Positions 40,647 through 56,884 are shown, counted from the first letter of the stretch. The stretch is 64,000 nt of DNA from Octopus vulgaris (GCA_951406725.2 OX597816.1:92008001-92072000); one strand, 5' to 3'. The notes: generated by a model not told the origin, from the letters alone. Program-made: numbers and translations.

Positions 40647-40780
40647 GGTATGTGCATAGGTTATGTGTGTGTGGTTATCTGGATTTGTGCATATTCTGCA
40701 CCCCTCCAATTTCATTTCTTTGCAGTTGTTTAAATTTGACTAGCCATTTTAGACATGGATTTCACTAAGCTAAAAATATT

Positions 40781-41180
40781 CTTTTCTACTCTAGACACAA
40801 GGCCCGAAATTTTGGGGGAAGGGGCCAGTCGATTATATCGACCCCAGTACGCAACTGGTACTTAATTTATCGACCCCGAAAGGATGAAAGGAAAAGTCGA
40901 CCTCGGCGGAATTTGAATTCAGAACGTAAAGAAGAGGAAATACCTATTTCTTTACTACCCACAATGGGCTAAACACAGAGAGGACAAGCAAGGACAGACA
41001 AACGGATTAAGTCGATTATATCGACCCCAGTGCGTAACTGGTACTTATTTTATCGACCTCGAAAGGATGAAAAGAAAAGTCGACCTCGGCGGAATTTGAA
41101 CTCAGAACGTAACGGCAGACGAAATACCGCTAAGCATTTCGCCCGGCGTGCTAACGATTCTGCCAGCTCACCGCCTTACA
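40781..41180 (-). mobile_element. Dimeric SINE family B (B2 unit plus headless B1 unit) with one 14-bp target-site duplication
   Basis: AAGCTAAAAATATT at 40767-40780 and 41181-41194 flanks both units. Confidence 0.92.
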
Positions 41181-41892
41181 AAGCTAAAAATATTGAATGG
41201 CGAACAATTAACTATAAAACGCGCATACATACTATGTTTTTTTTCTAATTTATGAGATAAGCAATGCGAGTTTATAAGTAAATTTTAGTCTTTTGTGAAA
41301 TAGCTATGAACAACGCTTAGTCTCTGACACAAATAATATACAAAAACATCGAAAAATTTAAAAGCTATTACAGTTTGAAATTACAATATTCAACCACCAA
41401 AAAGAATAAAGTTTCGTAGAATAAACTTGTTCTGGTGACGATACATTTAAACAAGATTATTTCCAGAAAACCAGAAAATTAGTTTAATTCGTGATTTTAT
41501 ATAAACTTATGAGGTCATTCACAGACACACGCACGTATACATTCAGCATACATACATACAAACATACATGGACACACACACATACACATATACACATACA
41601 TATGTACAAAAACACATACAGGTTCTATGTAAAAATATATACGCACAAACACACATAAATCAATTCCATTTGGTATGTAATATTGGAGTTGGATTTATTA
41701 AGACCCTCCACGAGTATCGTCTATCAGGCACTATTATACAACGGAAATGGATCGCTTTACTGGTGATATATCTGAAAATCTGTAAATATCCGTAGAATTT
41801 ATATAAATATCAAGGAGAATGGAGTGAGCAATTCGTTTTATTGCAATAAAATGAATTGCTTATTCCATTCTCCTTGTTAATCAATCAATCAT

Positions 41893-42002
<110 letters not shown>

Positions 42003-42710
42003 AACTATCTATCTGTAGACATGTATATGTATATAGGTACATAAGTAAATACATGAGCACATATAGAGATAATGAGTGACAGAGATAACTAGAGATAGAG
42101 AGATAGAGAGAGAGAAAGAGAGGGAGAGTGAAAGAGAGAGTCCTTTATAGGAAAGAAAGTAAGTTTGCGAACCAAAATCGAAGACTATATTTTTGCTCAG
42201 CGGTCTAGAAAATAACCTGATATTGTTTGGTAAATATTTAGACATGCATTAGGTGTGGGGTGGGTGGGCCTGTTAAAAAAAAAAACCCTCTCTCATACTT
42301 GGTGTTGTGATTGTAAAGACATTCATGGAGTAGTAAAACTGTCAATTTCTGAAATGTTCCCTTTCGTGGGAAGGGGCTAATTTATTGCTATATATGTCAA
42401 CACACCCTCACTAGAATTATATGAACGTTGCAAAGAAATATATTTATAAACAAGCAACTTGTCTCCGTCGTGAATATCTTCCAGTTCCACCACTGCATTG
42501 GGTCTGAATGAAGAAAGCTTGTATAATAACGAGCCAATTAATCTCTTCTTTATTGTCTCTTTAGCAAGGCTAGCTGAAACCTGACCGAGATTCAAGTTCT
42601 CCGGCGAATAAGTCAGACATACCGTTCAAATGTGTTACAGTTAAGAGTTTGTCTATATATAGTACTTCAAAAGAGATATTCCAATATAATACCTTTCATA
42701 TATACATATA

Positions 42711-42867
42711 GGCGCAGGCATAACTGTGTGTTAAGAAGCTTACTACCCAACCACAGGATCTCGGGTTCAGTCCCACTGCATGGAACCTTGGACAAGTATT
42801 TTCTACGATAGCCTCGGGCCGACCATAGTCTTGTGAGTGGATTTGGTAGACGGAAAGACGCTTGTCG

Positions 42868-42946
<79 letters not shown>

Positions 42947-42999
42947 GTCTATCTATCTTTCTTTCTTTCTATTTATCTCTCTCTATATATATACATATA

Positions 43000-43062
<63 letters not shown>

Positions 43063-43246
43063 GTATATCTATGTTTATGTGTCTTTCTGTCTGTGTTTGC
43101 ATCCCTGTAACTTAGCTGTTCGGCAAAAGAGGCCGATAGAGTAAGCACCAGGCTTAAAAAAGAAGTCGATTCATTCGACTTATAAAACCCGTTAAGATGG
43201 TGCTCCGGCATGGCCGCAGTCTAATGACAAACGAGTAAAGGATAAA

Positions 43247-43248
<2 letters not shown>
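42711..43248 (+). mobile_element. SINE family A, full length, central (TCTA)n(TA)n
   Basis: Homologous to 3837-4324. Confidence 0.9.
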
Positions 43249-43294
<46 letters not shown>

Positions 43295-43406
43295 CAAGGC
43301 GATTCAAAAGTCACCATACATAGGGAAAATTTATTGTTTTTTAAAAGAAACTGTTTCTTATAGAAAAAACTAAATTGTTCTTATGTATGGCGACTTTTGA
43401 ATAAGC

Positions 43407-43408
<2 letters not shown>
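43295..43408. mobile_element. Tc1/mariner-type MITE (~114 bp, nearly palindromic) inside (TA)n
   Basis: Left CAAGGCGATTCAAAAGTCACCATACATAGGGAAAATTTA vs reverse complement of right CAGCTTATTCAAAAGTCGCCATACATAAGAACAATTTA. Flanked by TA tracts. Confidence 0.8.
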
Positions 43409-43471
<63 letters not shown>

Positions 43472-45101
43472 CGATGCAAATAACCTGGTGTTAGAATTCA
43501 ATGAACATATCCCTCAGAAAAAATCATTAGTCGAACACAAAGCGTAATAAGAGATTATATAAATGACTAGGGAGGAAGAAATGCATGTAATGAACTTTAT
43601 TTGCTTACAGCTGTTTCTGTTATATGATGCAATGCACCTTGTTGAATGCTTCTGTATCGCCTTGTAGCAGAAAGAGATGTAAGCAAATGAAGTATATTTC
43701 ATAATCTCTTGTTCATTTGTAATTTAGTCTCTTAGAAGCACACACACACACATACACACGCGCGCGCGCACCCACACAGACAGATTTTGTCGCTAGAGCG
43801 TTCGTTCTTGCAATATACACTCATACGTATATATATATATATAAACGCACTCACACAATCTATATTTATAAACAATCATGAAAATATGCATTAAGGGCGG
43901 TTGCTGATGTTAGCTAACACAAGACTTTATTTGAATTCACTTTTCTTGGTTAACATCTGACTGCTGATTTATCAATTATATCTCCTGGATGTTCCCTGTC
44001 TGTTTGTTGTATGGATAACCATACATATTTTGACACTACACTGCTGACTGCATCCTCTCTCATAGTGTCGAACGACAATATGCCTCAGTACAAAGTCATA
44101 TATTTCAAAGACTGTGATTGTAAGACTAGCATACTTTCTCAGAATATTAGCAGTATAAAATGAAATGAATTATTCAACCTCGAATACATACTGGTTCATG
44201 GGAAGCAATCATAGATTTGAAGCAAGTAAGGACATGCATGAGCAATACGTATTGATGAATTCAGAGAGGGGAACCCATAACTTATTCTGGTGTTAGCCAG
44301 CATTTAATTTCTGTCGACTTCTCACACCATTATTATTCTCTGCTGTCTCTCTCTCCCTCTCTCTCTCACACACACAAACGCACACACACAAACTCACTCG
44401 CATATACTTATACACACCATTAATCTTGCAAGTCTCACACATTCTTGCCTTGTTTATTCATTTATAAGCGACGTCAAACGTTAATATGAGCATTTCATAT
44501 TAATTTAAATATTATCTGCTTTCCTGCATTTCTCCACTTCTTTTCAGTAAATCTTCAACAGGTCAATACACATTCATTTCCGACGAATATCATCAGGAAA
44601 GCTTTGCTACATTCATAATCTAGCTTCTCTGTTTAATTCTTCGATCTACTTCCTGCACTGTAGATGGGTACATCAAATTTACAAGTCTTTGTTGTCCGTC
44701 AACTACTATTTAAGTAAAGTTCAGTTGAGCTCTTCATTAATTCTTTCCTGCAATTTACTGCTAGTGTTCAGTGATCTGGAAAGGTAGCGGTCCCACTAGT
44801 TTGACATACTCTCAAACCAACCAACATCTGTAAAATCTGATGCCCTATAAGCTGAGCTGATGCTTTATCGTTAGTTGCTAGAAAGAGTTGCCAAGTCTTC
44901 CTTTAGTCACACTTTAATATCTTAAATACTTTAGGACATATTGAATAACGTAGTCTTAGAAGCTCTGTTTCTGATGACACGACAGAGTGGGCATGGCCGG
45001 AAAAGTTTTGCTTTACAAACTTTCATCGAATTAACCATTTTGAGTTACTGGACGTGTTTGTTTCAGCAGGTATAGTTCATGCTTTTGATTATTACACCAA
45101 A

Positions 45102-45248
45102 CTGAGTTCAAATTCTGCCGCAGACAACTTTGCCTTTCATCCTTTCGGTGTCGATAAAATAAGCACCAGTTAAGCGTTGGGGTCGATGTAATCGACTTAC
45201 CTTCCTCTCCCGAACTCGCTGGCCTTGTGCCAAAATTTGAAACCATTA
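45102..45248 (+). mobile_element. SINE family B, 5'-truncated
   Basis: CTGAGTTCAAATTCTGCCG..CTTTGCCTTTCATCCTTTCGG..GGCCTTGTGCCAAAATTTGAAACC. Confidence 0.88.
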
Positions 45249-45699
45249 TTACTCGAAACCCATAAAACCAGTTTATTTTCTTAAATAACTATATGAATTA
45301 ATTGTTTTTTTTGCCCAGCTTTAATGAACAAATCTAGAATCAAATGATTTTCAACTCTGACATCGACATTTTTTCTCAGGCGGTAATGTGAAATTTATGG
45401 GAAATTTTGCTGTTAGTTTTTAGCAGGTCGATCAGCTGCGTTGGGGCTTCTTTGTTGACAAAGTGGGGACACACACACACGCACACAAACACACGCACAC
45501 ACAGACATGCACACACGCACCCACTCACTCATACAATTACTTTCATACACGTCTTCACCTCCCTACATGTTGAATTTTTACAGATAAATATGCACCAACC
45601 GTAACAAGCTTCGTCTTCTTTGTGTTTTCATTTACTTTAAGTGTATCGTATGTTCATGTAAACATTATATGTACCCTATGTACATGTAAAAAACTTATG

Positions 45700-45765
<66 letters not shown>

Positions 45766-45879
45766 CAAAATATTGGTAGCACATGGATCTATAAGAACCT
45801 CACCACAACCCGTTTCAAGATTCAGAAACATGTAATCAAACTGTTGTTATCATAATTCCCTTTTAAAGCTACCAGGGAT

Positions 45880-46640
45880 AATTGTTCCTAATATAAGCAC
45901 AGGACCAGAAATCTGGAAGCTGGGGTTACGTGGTTATATCATACTAGGCTATTGATATACTTTTTAGATCACGGTGTGATGATAGGCAAAATTGATTTCG
46001 GCAGGATTTGAACTCAGAATGTAGAAAGGCAGATGAAATACCGCAAAGTATTTTTGTTCCATGCTCTAACGATTCTGTCAATCAATTGTTCTCATAAGAG
46101 TTGTTTGTAATTTCAGTAAAAGACTAGTAATTTACGTGAGGGAAACAGTAAATATCAAGCGTAGTATTTGAATAGTACTTAATTTATAAAATAAAGTACC
46201 ATTCAAACGTTGGGCTCGAACCCAGAATGTAGAGAACCGAGGTAAATACTGCAATGCGTTTTTTTCCCAACATCTTGACGAATCCGTAAATTCATCACCC
46301 TAAGAATGATTTTGCAGTTTGGCACAAGGCCAGCATTTTCGAGGAGGGTGTAAGTCGATTACATCGACCCCCAAAATGATGAAAGGCAAATTCGACCTCG
46401 GCGGAATTTGAACTCAGAACATAAAGACAGACGATATGCTGCTAAACTCTTTGCCCGGTGTGCTGACGATTCTGCCAGCTCATCGCCTTATTTCCTACCC
46501 TAATAATAATTTCGAGTTTAGGTACAAGTCCGACAATTGTTTGTGGGTGAGATAATCGATCATATCGCCCCCAGTACTTGCTTGTTCCTTTATTTTATGA
46601 ACATCAGAAGGCTAAAAGAGGAAGTCAAACTCGCTGGATA
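45880..46640 (-). mobile_element. Same-orientation stack of about four SINE family B copies (best copy 46310-46489)
   Basis: Repeated GGCAAA..GACCTCGGCGGAATTTGAACTCAGAA / GATTCTGCCA motifs at ~46000, ~46220, ~46400 and ~46620. Confidence 0.75.
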
Positions 46641-46905
46641 ATGTAAAGGATGTCGTATCAGTTGTTGTTTGGCCCCAAATCACTTCTAACCGAAGGTCTT
46701 TATGGGCAAAGATATCCAACCTTGAACATGCAATCTCTTTTGGCGCATCTTTATTTCTATTCCAATAGCATATCAGTTCTGTTTTTGCTAGCTCTCCGCT
46801 CAATCCTTCTTCATTTCTGTAAGAGGACACGCTTTTAGAAGCAGACTCCTGGATCCTTCTCAAGGCGCAACATAGCCATTGAGAGAGATAGAAAGATAGA
46901 AAGAA

Positions 46906-46938
<33 letters not shown>

Positions 46939-47792
46939 TAGAGAGAGAGAGAGGTAGAAAGAGAGCGAGAGAGAGAGAATAGACCCATCCGGAAGGATAA
47001 AACGAAAAGTTGAGCTCGTCGAGATTGAACTGATATATGAGGGCTGGAGCAAATATCGCAAGGCATTCTGTCCAACACTGCAAATTCGCAACCTTTTTTC
47101 TGTATACGTTGGACTAAATTATCTAATGTGTCCTTTCTTTTTCCAAGACCCCAGGGTACGATTTGAAGAATGTTTGGCCTCTATTTCTAACAGCTAGGTG
47201 ACCGTCTAGGTATTTTCTAGTTCTAGTTGTAATTTACACTAGTCACTGTTTCAGAGTGAACTTCCTCTGCAACATTAAAATATTCCTCTGCAACATTAAA
47301 ATACAAAACAAAAAAGCAAAACAAATCAAAAACAAACAAGAACAAACGGGCACACTTATGCCAATAGGTGCGATATATTATGGCTTGGATTACAATGTTC
47401 AAATTTGATAGTTTTCAAACAAGTTGATACGATAATCAGGTTTTGATTTCAGCTCTTTTAAAAATAAATTTTAGAATTAGTATCAAGCAGAACCCCTAGA
47501 GGTTTAAATTGAAGAATGAATGTACTAATAGCTGCAAAGCAAAGTCATATAAAGAAGGGATATTAGATGCATCCAGGTTTCTTCTGTTATCACCAGCAAT
47601 GTGGATGTTTCATATTCAATTTCAAGCCGAATGGAAATGTTTCAAAGATAATACCACACAAAAATGTTGCCCACATTGATAGCATATTGTATCAGACGGA
47701 TGAATACTTGTAAGCTAATACACACACCTTAAGTGTGTGTGTGTGTATGTATATATGTATTTATGTATGTATGTATGTAGACTGTATGTGAA

Positions 47793-47835
<43 letters not shown>

Positions 47836-48094
47836 AAACACACACATATATATCTAAATATATATATGCACTAGGTTTTTTTATTGTTATTTTTTATTCT
47901 TTTATTTTTTCTGCCACAGCCATCTGGCATTTGTATATCTATACGTATCTATACATAAGCCGCTAGTGTTTGTACACATGTGTACGAGTGTTTGTGTATG
48001 TGAATATGTTAATGTGCATCTATGCCTATGTGTGTGTGTGTGTGTGTGTTGGTACACTTGTGTATGTGTAGATATGTGTGTGATGTGCGTGTTC

Positions 48095-48660
<566 letters not shown>

Positions 48661-49053
48661 TATATGGTGTGACAGATACACGCACACACATAAACGGTTT
48701 TCAAATTGACAGGCTCAAAACCGTAGAAGTATAGAGAGAACAAACAACAAACAAAGAAATGTACACTAGAACTTTGAAGGTCTAACAAAAAAGCAATCTG
48801 ATGTTCATTTATATATATTTATTTATTTACTTATCCATATGATTGTAATTAATAAATAGATCTGACTGATGTTTGTAAGTTGATATTTGTCAACTATCTT
48901 CTCCATTTTCTTTTTTGCCTTATAAATTTTGAGTAAACTTTTGCTTACCGCCACTCATACCTATTATTCAATTGTTATTGCTTTACAACAGTAAGCATTA
49001 TCCAGTAATATATTGGATATTTATTATCCCTTAGATGGTTGTTTAACCTCTAA

Positions 49054-49114
<61 letters not shown>

Positions 49115-49116
<2 letters not shown>

Positions 49117-49392
49117 ACTCTCACGGCGTTAGACGACGTATGAGAGTTCGACAATTTCTTACCGAACAGCCACATTGATGATTTGTTTATAGTGATCAAA
49201 TGTTTGTGTAGACATAAGCTCACTCTCTCCATCATATCCCCATTACCTGTACAGGTGCAACAAATGCCACATGTCAGAAGTGCAAATGATCGCAGAGCAA
49301 CGTGAAATGAAGTGCTTTGGCCTAGAACACAACGCAACGACAGGTGTGAGAATCGAACCCACGATCTCCAAACACCTATAACCACTAAGCCA
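49115..49392 (-). mobile_element. Further tRNA-type SINE (distinct family) between (TA)n tracts
   Basis: Minus strand TGGCTTAGTGGTTA (A box), GGGTTCGATTC (B box) and TTGTGTTCTAGGCCAAAGCACTTCATTTCAC. Related decayed pieces at ~33150-33300 and ~33430-33640. Confidence 0.7.
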
Positions 49393-49438
<46 letters not shown>

Positions 49439-50013
49439 TTAGCAGATCAAATATACCTGAAAAAGCTGAGATCACGATGCCGCATCAATTTAGAGTTACG
49501 TTCTTTCACTTATTTTACACCACTATAATATAGTTTCAAATTAAGAAACCCCAGTACTTGACTGAGACATTATTTTATTGACTTCGGAAAGATGGAAGGC
49601 AAAGCTGACGTCGCCAGGAATATAACTCAGAAAGTAAAGAGCTGCAAGAAAACATACTAGTATGACTTTCCTGACTTCAAACATTTTCTTTCCTCTATAA
49701 GGAATGGGACAATTGTGAAACTGGAATGTTTACTCTGTGGTTATATTCAAGAAGAAAATACCCTGCTGATGTGATTAGACTTATGTTTAATGAATATAGG
49801 TCTAACCACATGGGTCAACATTTTATATAGGTCAACTGTATTTTACACAACTTTGGGGCTTCTTTGTAATAAAGATATGATCTCATAAACAGCAGATATA
49901 TGAGCATTATGTGTAAATATGGTATATCTGTAACACGCATGCGTACACTCAAAGTTGACAGTCAATATATATATATACATACATACATACATATATACAT
50001 ATATATATATATG

Positions 50014-50075
<62 letters not shown>

Positions 50076-50132
50076 TAGATAGATAGATAGATAGACACAT
50101 ACATACATACATGCATACATACATACATATAT

Positions 50133-50330
50133 AGTTGAAATTTACAGAAAAACAAAAGACGAAGACAGGTGTATGAACAACAAGCAGGTGGTGTATTAGT
50201 TTGACGCTCGGGAAGGTGAGAAAGTCTTTTACATTTTGAGCCTACGCTCTTCAACAGAAAGGAACACAAGGAAATAAACAGAGAAAGAATTAAAAATATC
50301 TCGTGGATTTAGCACTCAATTACGGCGACT
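50133..50330 (-). mobile_element. Penelope-like terminal-repeat fragment, family 2, with decayed hammerhead (50226-50261)
   Basis: Minus strand GTGTTCCTTT-CTGTTGA-A-GAGCGTAGGCTC-AAAA-TG-TA-AAAG followed by the family-2 tail. Confidence 0.6.
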
Positions 50331-50343
50331 GTTTGTGTGTGAA

Positions 50344-50569
<226 letters not shown>

Positions 50570-50857
50570 GCTGTATAAACAATATCTGTCAATCTATATA
50601 AACAGATTTAGCAGTTATAGTAACCGACTAAGGGATAAAATATCGGTATATACTATCAGTACTGTTAAGATACACAAGAGTGCTATTATAGTAGATTATC
50701 TCGGTAACCATGGGAGCTATGAAAAATATACAAAGCCTAGCATCACTACCGAATAATTCTACACATCTGTGTAATTTTTCATGCAATTCCACCCAGCCGT
50801 TTGACCGTGAATCCCAAGACAAGAAAGAATCGCCCTTGTCAAATTTATATATATAGA

Positions 50858-50947
<90 letters not shown>

Positions 50948-51139
50948 TGTGTGTGTGTGAAAATATGTATAAATGCATACAAATATTCGTATATACATAT
51001 GTATTTATTCGTATATATATATTTAGGATTTAACAACAACAAAAGGATAGTATTGTTTTTAATCTATGCAGAAGGCCAACAATTTGAAGGGGTGAGTATC
51101 AGTCAATATAGTCGTCTCTAGTAGTGGTCTGGTATGGAT

Positions 51140-51292
51140 AAGTCTGTTACATCAACTGCAGTGCTCTACTGGTACTTAAATATCGACCCCAAAAGGATGA
51201 AAGGTGGAATTTGAACTCAAAATGTAAAGCCGTACGAAATGCTGCTAGGCAATTTGGCCGGCGTGCTAACGATTCTGCCAGCTCGGCGACTT
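51140..51292 (-). mobile_element. SINE family B with internal deletion
   Basis: CTGGTACTTAAATATCGACCCCAAAAGGATGAAAGG...GATTCTGCCAGCTCG. Confidence 0.85.
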
Positions 51293-51479
<187 letters not shown>

Positions 51480-51486
51480 TTTTGTA

Positions 51487-51838
51487 TTATAGGCTCAAGG
51501 CCTCGAATTTTTGGAAAGGGGATGAGTCGTTTACATCGAAAGGATGAAAGGTAAAGTCGACCCCGGCGGCATTTGAACTCAGAACATGAAAACAGACGAA
51601 ATACATATTTCTTTACTACCCACAAGGGGCTAAACACAGAGAGGATAAACAAGGAGAGACAAACGGATTAAGTCGATTATATCGACCCCAGTGCGTAACT
51701 GGTACTTATTTAATCAACCCCGAAAGGATGAAAGGCAAAGTCGACCTCGGCGGAATTTGAACTCAGAACGTAAAGACAGAAGAAATACGGCTACGCATTT
51801 CGCCCGGCATGCTAACGTTTCTGCCAGCTCGCCGCCTT
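51487..51838 (-). mobile_element. Dimeric SINE family B (B2 unit plus headless unit)
   Basis: Same architecture and junction (GAAATACATATTTC) as 40781-41180. Confidence 0.88.
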
Positions 51839-52405
51839 CATAATAACAATAATGATAATAATAATAATAATAATAACGACGATGATGATGATGATGATGA
51901 TGATGATGACGATGATGATGATGATGATGATGATGATGATAATGATGATGATACTTTGGCGAAATTTAGAAGCACCTGAAAAGCTGATACAAGTTTTTCC
52001 AAGAGATACTGTTACGTTGCAGTTGATTTTGCGCCAATTCAACACAGCATTTGTTTTCCGGTAGTTTTCTCATGAGTTATGTTAAGCAGTAACCTACGAT
52101 CCAAAATTAGAACGTATACAGATTGATAAACATTACACTTTATATTCTGACCTTTGCTTTATGTTATGTGTACATACTAGAAACGCATACGAGAGTTGAT
52201 AAGACTTTAACACTTACCAGCGTTAAACTTATACTTAAAAAAGAAAATCTACTTGAAACGTATACATAAATTAAGTATGAATCATTCAATTTTATAATTT
52301 ATTTTATCAACTAACATGAATTTCAGTACCCGTTAGGTGTGTCCGATACACTGAAGATTATTATAACGCTTTTGCTATAATGAAGACTGACAGCAGTGTA
52401 ATTGC

Positions 52406-52436
<31 letters not shown>

Positions 52437-53528
52437 CATACATACACAGATGTATATCATCATCGTCTACACGAGAAAGAAAGTTAGTCGAAAAGTAAAA
52501 TATCTTGTCTGAAAAATAATTATACAACGGCAAGAATAGATATGCGCTTGCAGCGAGAGCGAAGTAGCTTGCTTCTTCGAAATGTAGCTAGTGGTTTTAG
52601 TGGGAAGTTACTTGGCAAGGTCATCTTTGTTGCAGTATAACTATGAACCCATTCTCCCCCTCGCCACCCCACCCTCACCCCGCCGCTTTCGTTTATTTTT
52701 CTTTTTAACCGTAACTGATAATATATTCCCCTCTAAGACCGCCTATTCCTTTAAGAAAAACACAACTATGGCCATCTAAATATTTCATCATAACCAATAC
52801 AGCGTCTTATGGCTTCCAATAGAATTGCGGTGAATGCTACTGCTGCTGCTGCGACTACTAATACTTCAAAAATAAGAATTAATCGATATTTCTTTGAATG
52901 TTGAATCCTACCTGATTTTATAGAAAATTTGGGCGGTACCGAACATCGAACAAACCCATGAGTATTTGCCTAATTTAATATGCACCCAGTAGCTTTTACT
53001 GTATACACACCAAGTTTACTATGAAAGTAGTTCAACTATTACTTTCTATGAGAAACAATGAGACTAAGTCTTATTTGGAATTGATTATGTGCTGAGGGCG
53101 TTGATGTTAGTTGTAAAGACACCCCACCCTCGAAAAACTACAACAACAAGAAAAAGAAAAACAAACAAATTGAACCAAAACATAAACCCCGTGTCTAACC
53201 TCACCTCAATCAAGGGATCTAATCGTAGATAACGGTACGATTTCCTGTTTTGTTTTGAATGTAAAAAAATTATATTTCTCTGGTCGTTTACTTATGTGTA
53301 TTAGGATGTTGCTTATGCATTTATAATGACATCATAATGAAAGAGATTGAAGTGATGACAAATGAATATTAATGCAACAAAACCAAGTTAAATGATTGAG
53401 TTAACAAACATACGCACACAGACACACAAACACACGCACACGCGCGAGCACGCTATACATAAACATACATAAAATATATGAATCACACACGCACACACAC
53501 TGATATCTTTACACATACATACAACACA

Positions 53529-53583
<55 letters not shown>

Positions 53584-54371
53584 GTATGTATGTATGTATA
53601 TACATATATATATACATATATACGTTCATTGTTGGTAAAGAGAAAGAGAGGTGTGAGAGTGAGAGAAGAAAGAGAAAGAGGGAAAGATATAGTGAAAAAT
53701 TGTCTCATTCCACTTCAGTTCAGTCAAAAGTTTATGAAGAAATTGAGAATTTTTGAAGAAAGCGATAGATCTTATATTATTTGAAAATATATTGCCTATA
53801 TCTATTTTTGTAAACGTATATGTTTGATTTTTATGGCGCCTATGGTCTAGCTTTTTCCTAACCAACTTTACAATATTATTTAGCTCTGCAGTAGAGGATT
53901 GCTTGTTTTGTATTTAAAAAAAAAACAACAACTTTAAAGTGTTATAAAGGAGTAATTGTTCTTGATTTGTAATGTTTGCTACAGGCGTCATGCATAATTA
54001 GCAAACTTCCTTATTCCGCAGAATTTTTAATTAATTTTATTTCATGAAAATATTCTGCTTTGGTTGAAAACAACCGTGATTGTGCAGGTGTACCTTAAAA
54101 GTCATTTTAACTGTGATCATCCTGTACTTCTAGAAGTATCCAAGACTACAAAATATAATATGTGCTTTTTTTTTAAACCTACGATATTACATTGTGATTC
54201 AGGGGAAACTTGGCTGCTTTTTCTAGCAGGTTATACGATTTAGCTTAGTCACAAGTTACAAACATTTTGTAAATGCTATGTTTTTAAATGAAAAGTACAG
54301 TTAATTTGTTTAAAATTTGTGTTTTATATTATGTATCTTTAAGTCTTAATATTCATTAGAAATTTCACGGT

Positions 54372-54568
54372 GTCAAGCTGGCAGAATCGTTAGCGCATCA
54401 AGCAAAATCCATAACAGCGTTACGTTCTAAGTTCCAATTCCACCAAGGTCCACTTTGCATTTTATTCGTTCAGAAACATAAAACTAAGTACCAGGTGAGG
54501 ACTTGGGTCGATGTATTCAATTTACCTCCTCTCCTGAATTTGCGGGCCGTGTGCCAAAATTTGAAACC
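54372..54568 (+). mobile_element. SINE family B
   Basis: AGCTGGCAGAATCGTTAGCGC...GTGCCAAAATTTGAAACC. Confidence 0.8.
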
Positions 54569-56459
54569 TGTATCCATTAGTAATTTTCACAGTCATTTTG
54601 TCACAAATCCCAGTAAATTTGTCAGTTTTGAGCATGAATGAGTTCCATTTTTATATAATATCAATATATTACGGACTGTGTTCCCTGAAGAACTCATTTG
54701 TCACCAGATGCTGGGTGAACTGTTGTAAGTTAAATGAAGTGCATTGTCCACAAATACAGCAATTTACCCGAAGTAATATATAAGTGATTTGCAAGCTGCA
54801 GTATCTTAGTGTATTTTCAGTTGTATACATTAAATATATAAATATCAGTCATAAAACTACATTTAGTACAATCATATATATGAAAGTTATTAACACAAGG
54901 AGGACATTATAGTATCAGGACATGTAGATACTGGACGAAATAACACGTTACGTCTAGTTACGTCCCTTTATGTTCTAAGTTCCATCACGCTGTACCTTGA
55001 CTTACGTCACTTTAAGTATATGTATCTGTAAACTCCTTTCCTTTACATTTGTGATACTTACAATATAAAGCTGGGGTGTCCGTCATAGAGCTGACTAAAT
55101 GCAATGCAATATTCAATTTCATCTCTCTTGGATATAAGTTCAATTCCTGCCAGAGTTAGACTGGTTCTTCACTGATCGGTGAAATATAATACTAGTTGAA
55201 TTCTGCTTTAGAGTAATTATATTATACTCAAAACTTGTGAAAATTGGTCTTGTGCATAGACAAACGCAATGAATAATCATTAATGGATGCACATAACTTC
55301 ATAAACCACGCATACACCCGGTATTGTATATTCTCAGAATGTAGCTTTATTATCAGCTCACCTCATTTGTAATTATGGTAATTGTAGTCAGCCAGTGGCA
55401 CCTTGACAAGAAGAATCTGTAGATGATAATTTGCTGGAAGCTGTGAATGTGTTTCTACAGCCGAAGTGGTGACAAATCCCTAGTAGCTATTTCTACATCT
55501 AAGTGGCATGATAAGACTATTATTACAGTAGCTGTTCATAACTATAAAACGCACGCACACACACAGACGCACGCGCACACACACACACACGCTCTCCCCC
55601 TCTCACACACATGCGCGCGCGCGTGCGCATTTAAATGTAAGCTTTATGTAAGTTTTATACTCGGATTGTACAATATTCGGACGTGCTTGTTTTTAGATTG
55701 TAAAAAGGATATAAGTTCTTTCAGCTAAACAAAACCTGCACCTTCTTGACCCACTTGGTGGTGCTGGGATAATTTTCGCCTTCAGGTCCCAGATGTGACT
55801 GGCAAGGTTAGTGATATTCTTGTTTACGTGCCAGAAAGAATATGAGTGGTTGGTATAACTTCTTTTGAAGTTATTTTCACATAGTCCAGTATATTTTTTA
55901 TATTCAGTTTTGTTGGGGAAGCAGCTATAGGAAACTTTTGATAGAATGTCTCTGTTTTTTTTTGTTAGTATACCTTATGCTTATCTATAGCGGCTAGAAG
56001 TAATTCATATTCTTTTTAAATCTAAGAACTCCACCAACCTACTGAATTCGAGATCGGAAATTTTCAAAGGATGTAAGCATTTCAACAAGTTCTGCTATCT
56101 AACTGGATAACAGCATCCTTTTCGGGTTAGGCACACAAGCTTACAAACTTTAGCCATCGGATTAACTTTACCAACAATTGTTAATTTAAATATAAATTTA
56201 AAAGTAACAAAAAGGGCACAGATCTTATCTCCCCTTTCCTCTACCCTTACTTTTCTCGGTTTTTCCTTTTTCCATCGTTGTTTTTTTTATTTTTCCCTTT
56301 CAATCTCGCCTTTTCTCTAAGAGCATGCATGTTTACTTTGAACCTGAAAGATTCCAAGATAGTACAAGCACGTCCGATTTCTGTACTATCTGACCATGAA
56401 ACCTGTAGTGGGTGATATTTACATGTTTTTTGTTGATCATACAGTACTATATATATATA

Positions 56460-56884
56460 CAGGTCGTCGTTGACTTACGAACACAATTAGTTCCGACTGA
56501 CTGGTCGTAAGTCGATTTGATCGTAAATCGGCCTATAGGCCTACATACCTTTGTTTTGTATTTTTACATTCTTAAGGTACATTCTTAAGGAACATTCTCA
56601 GGTAAAAGTCACACATAGCATTTTGCATTATGCTATTATACTGGCGTTAGTAAAAAATTCAGAGTCTCAAGCAGTCGTCTTATAAACAAATACGAGGTTG
56701 CCTCGATGTCTCTGCGACAGGATAGACATACAACACAGTGGCGATCGATAACCAAACTTAGGGGAAACGTTTGTTAGCTGACGTAGACGGCTTAAGAAAT
56801 TAAACCCATTAGATTTCAACTGGACTGTTTATTATTGCTGCCGGGAGTTGGCGCGCCAATCGGTCGTAAGTCGACGACGACTTC
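56460..56884. mobile_element. Tigger/pogo-like MITE
   Basis: Left end CAGGTCGTCGTTGACTTACGAAC; reverse complement of right end GAAGTCGTCGTCGACTTACGACC. TA on both flanks. Subterminal GTCGTAAGTCG repeats. Confidence 0.85.

Noticed and set aside
44000-44860. Possible old LINE endonuclease remnant on the minus strand
   Set aside because: No motif could be read with confidence.
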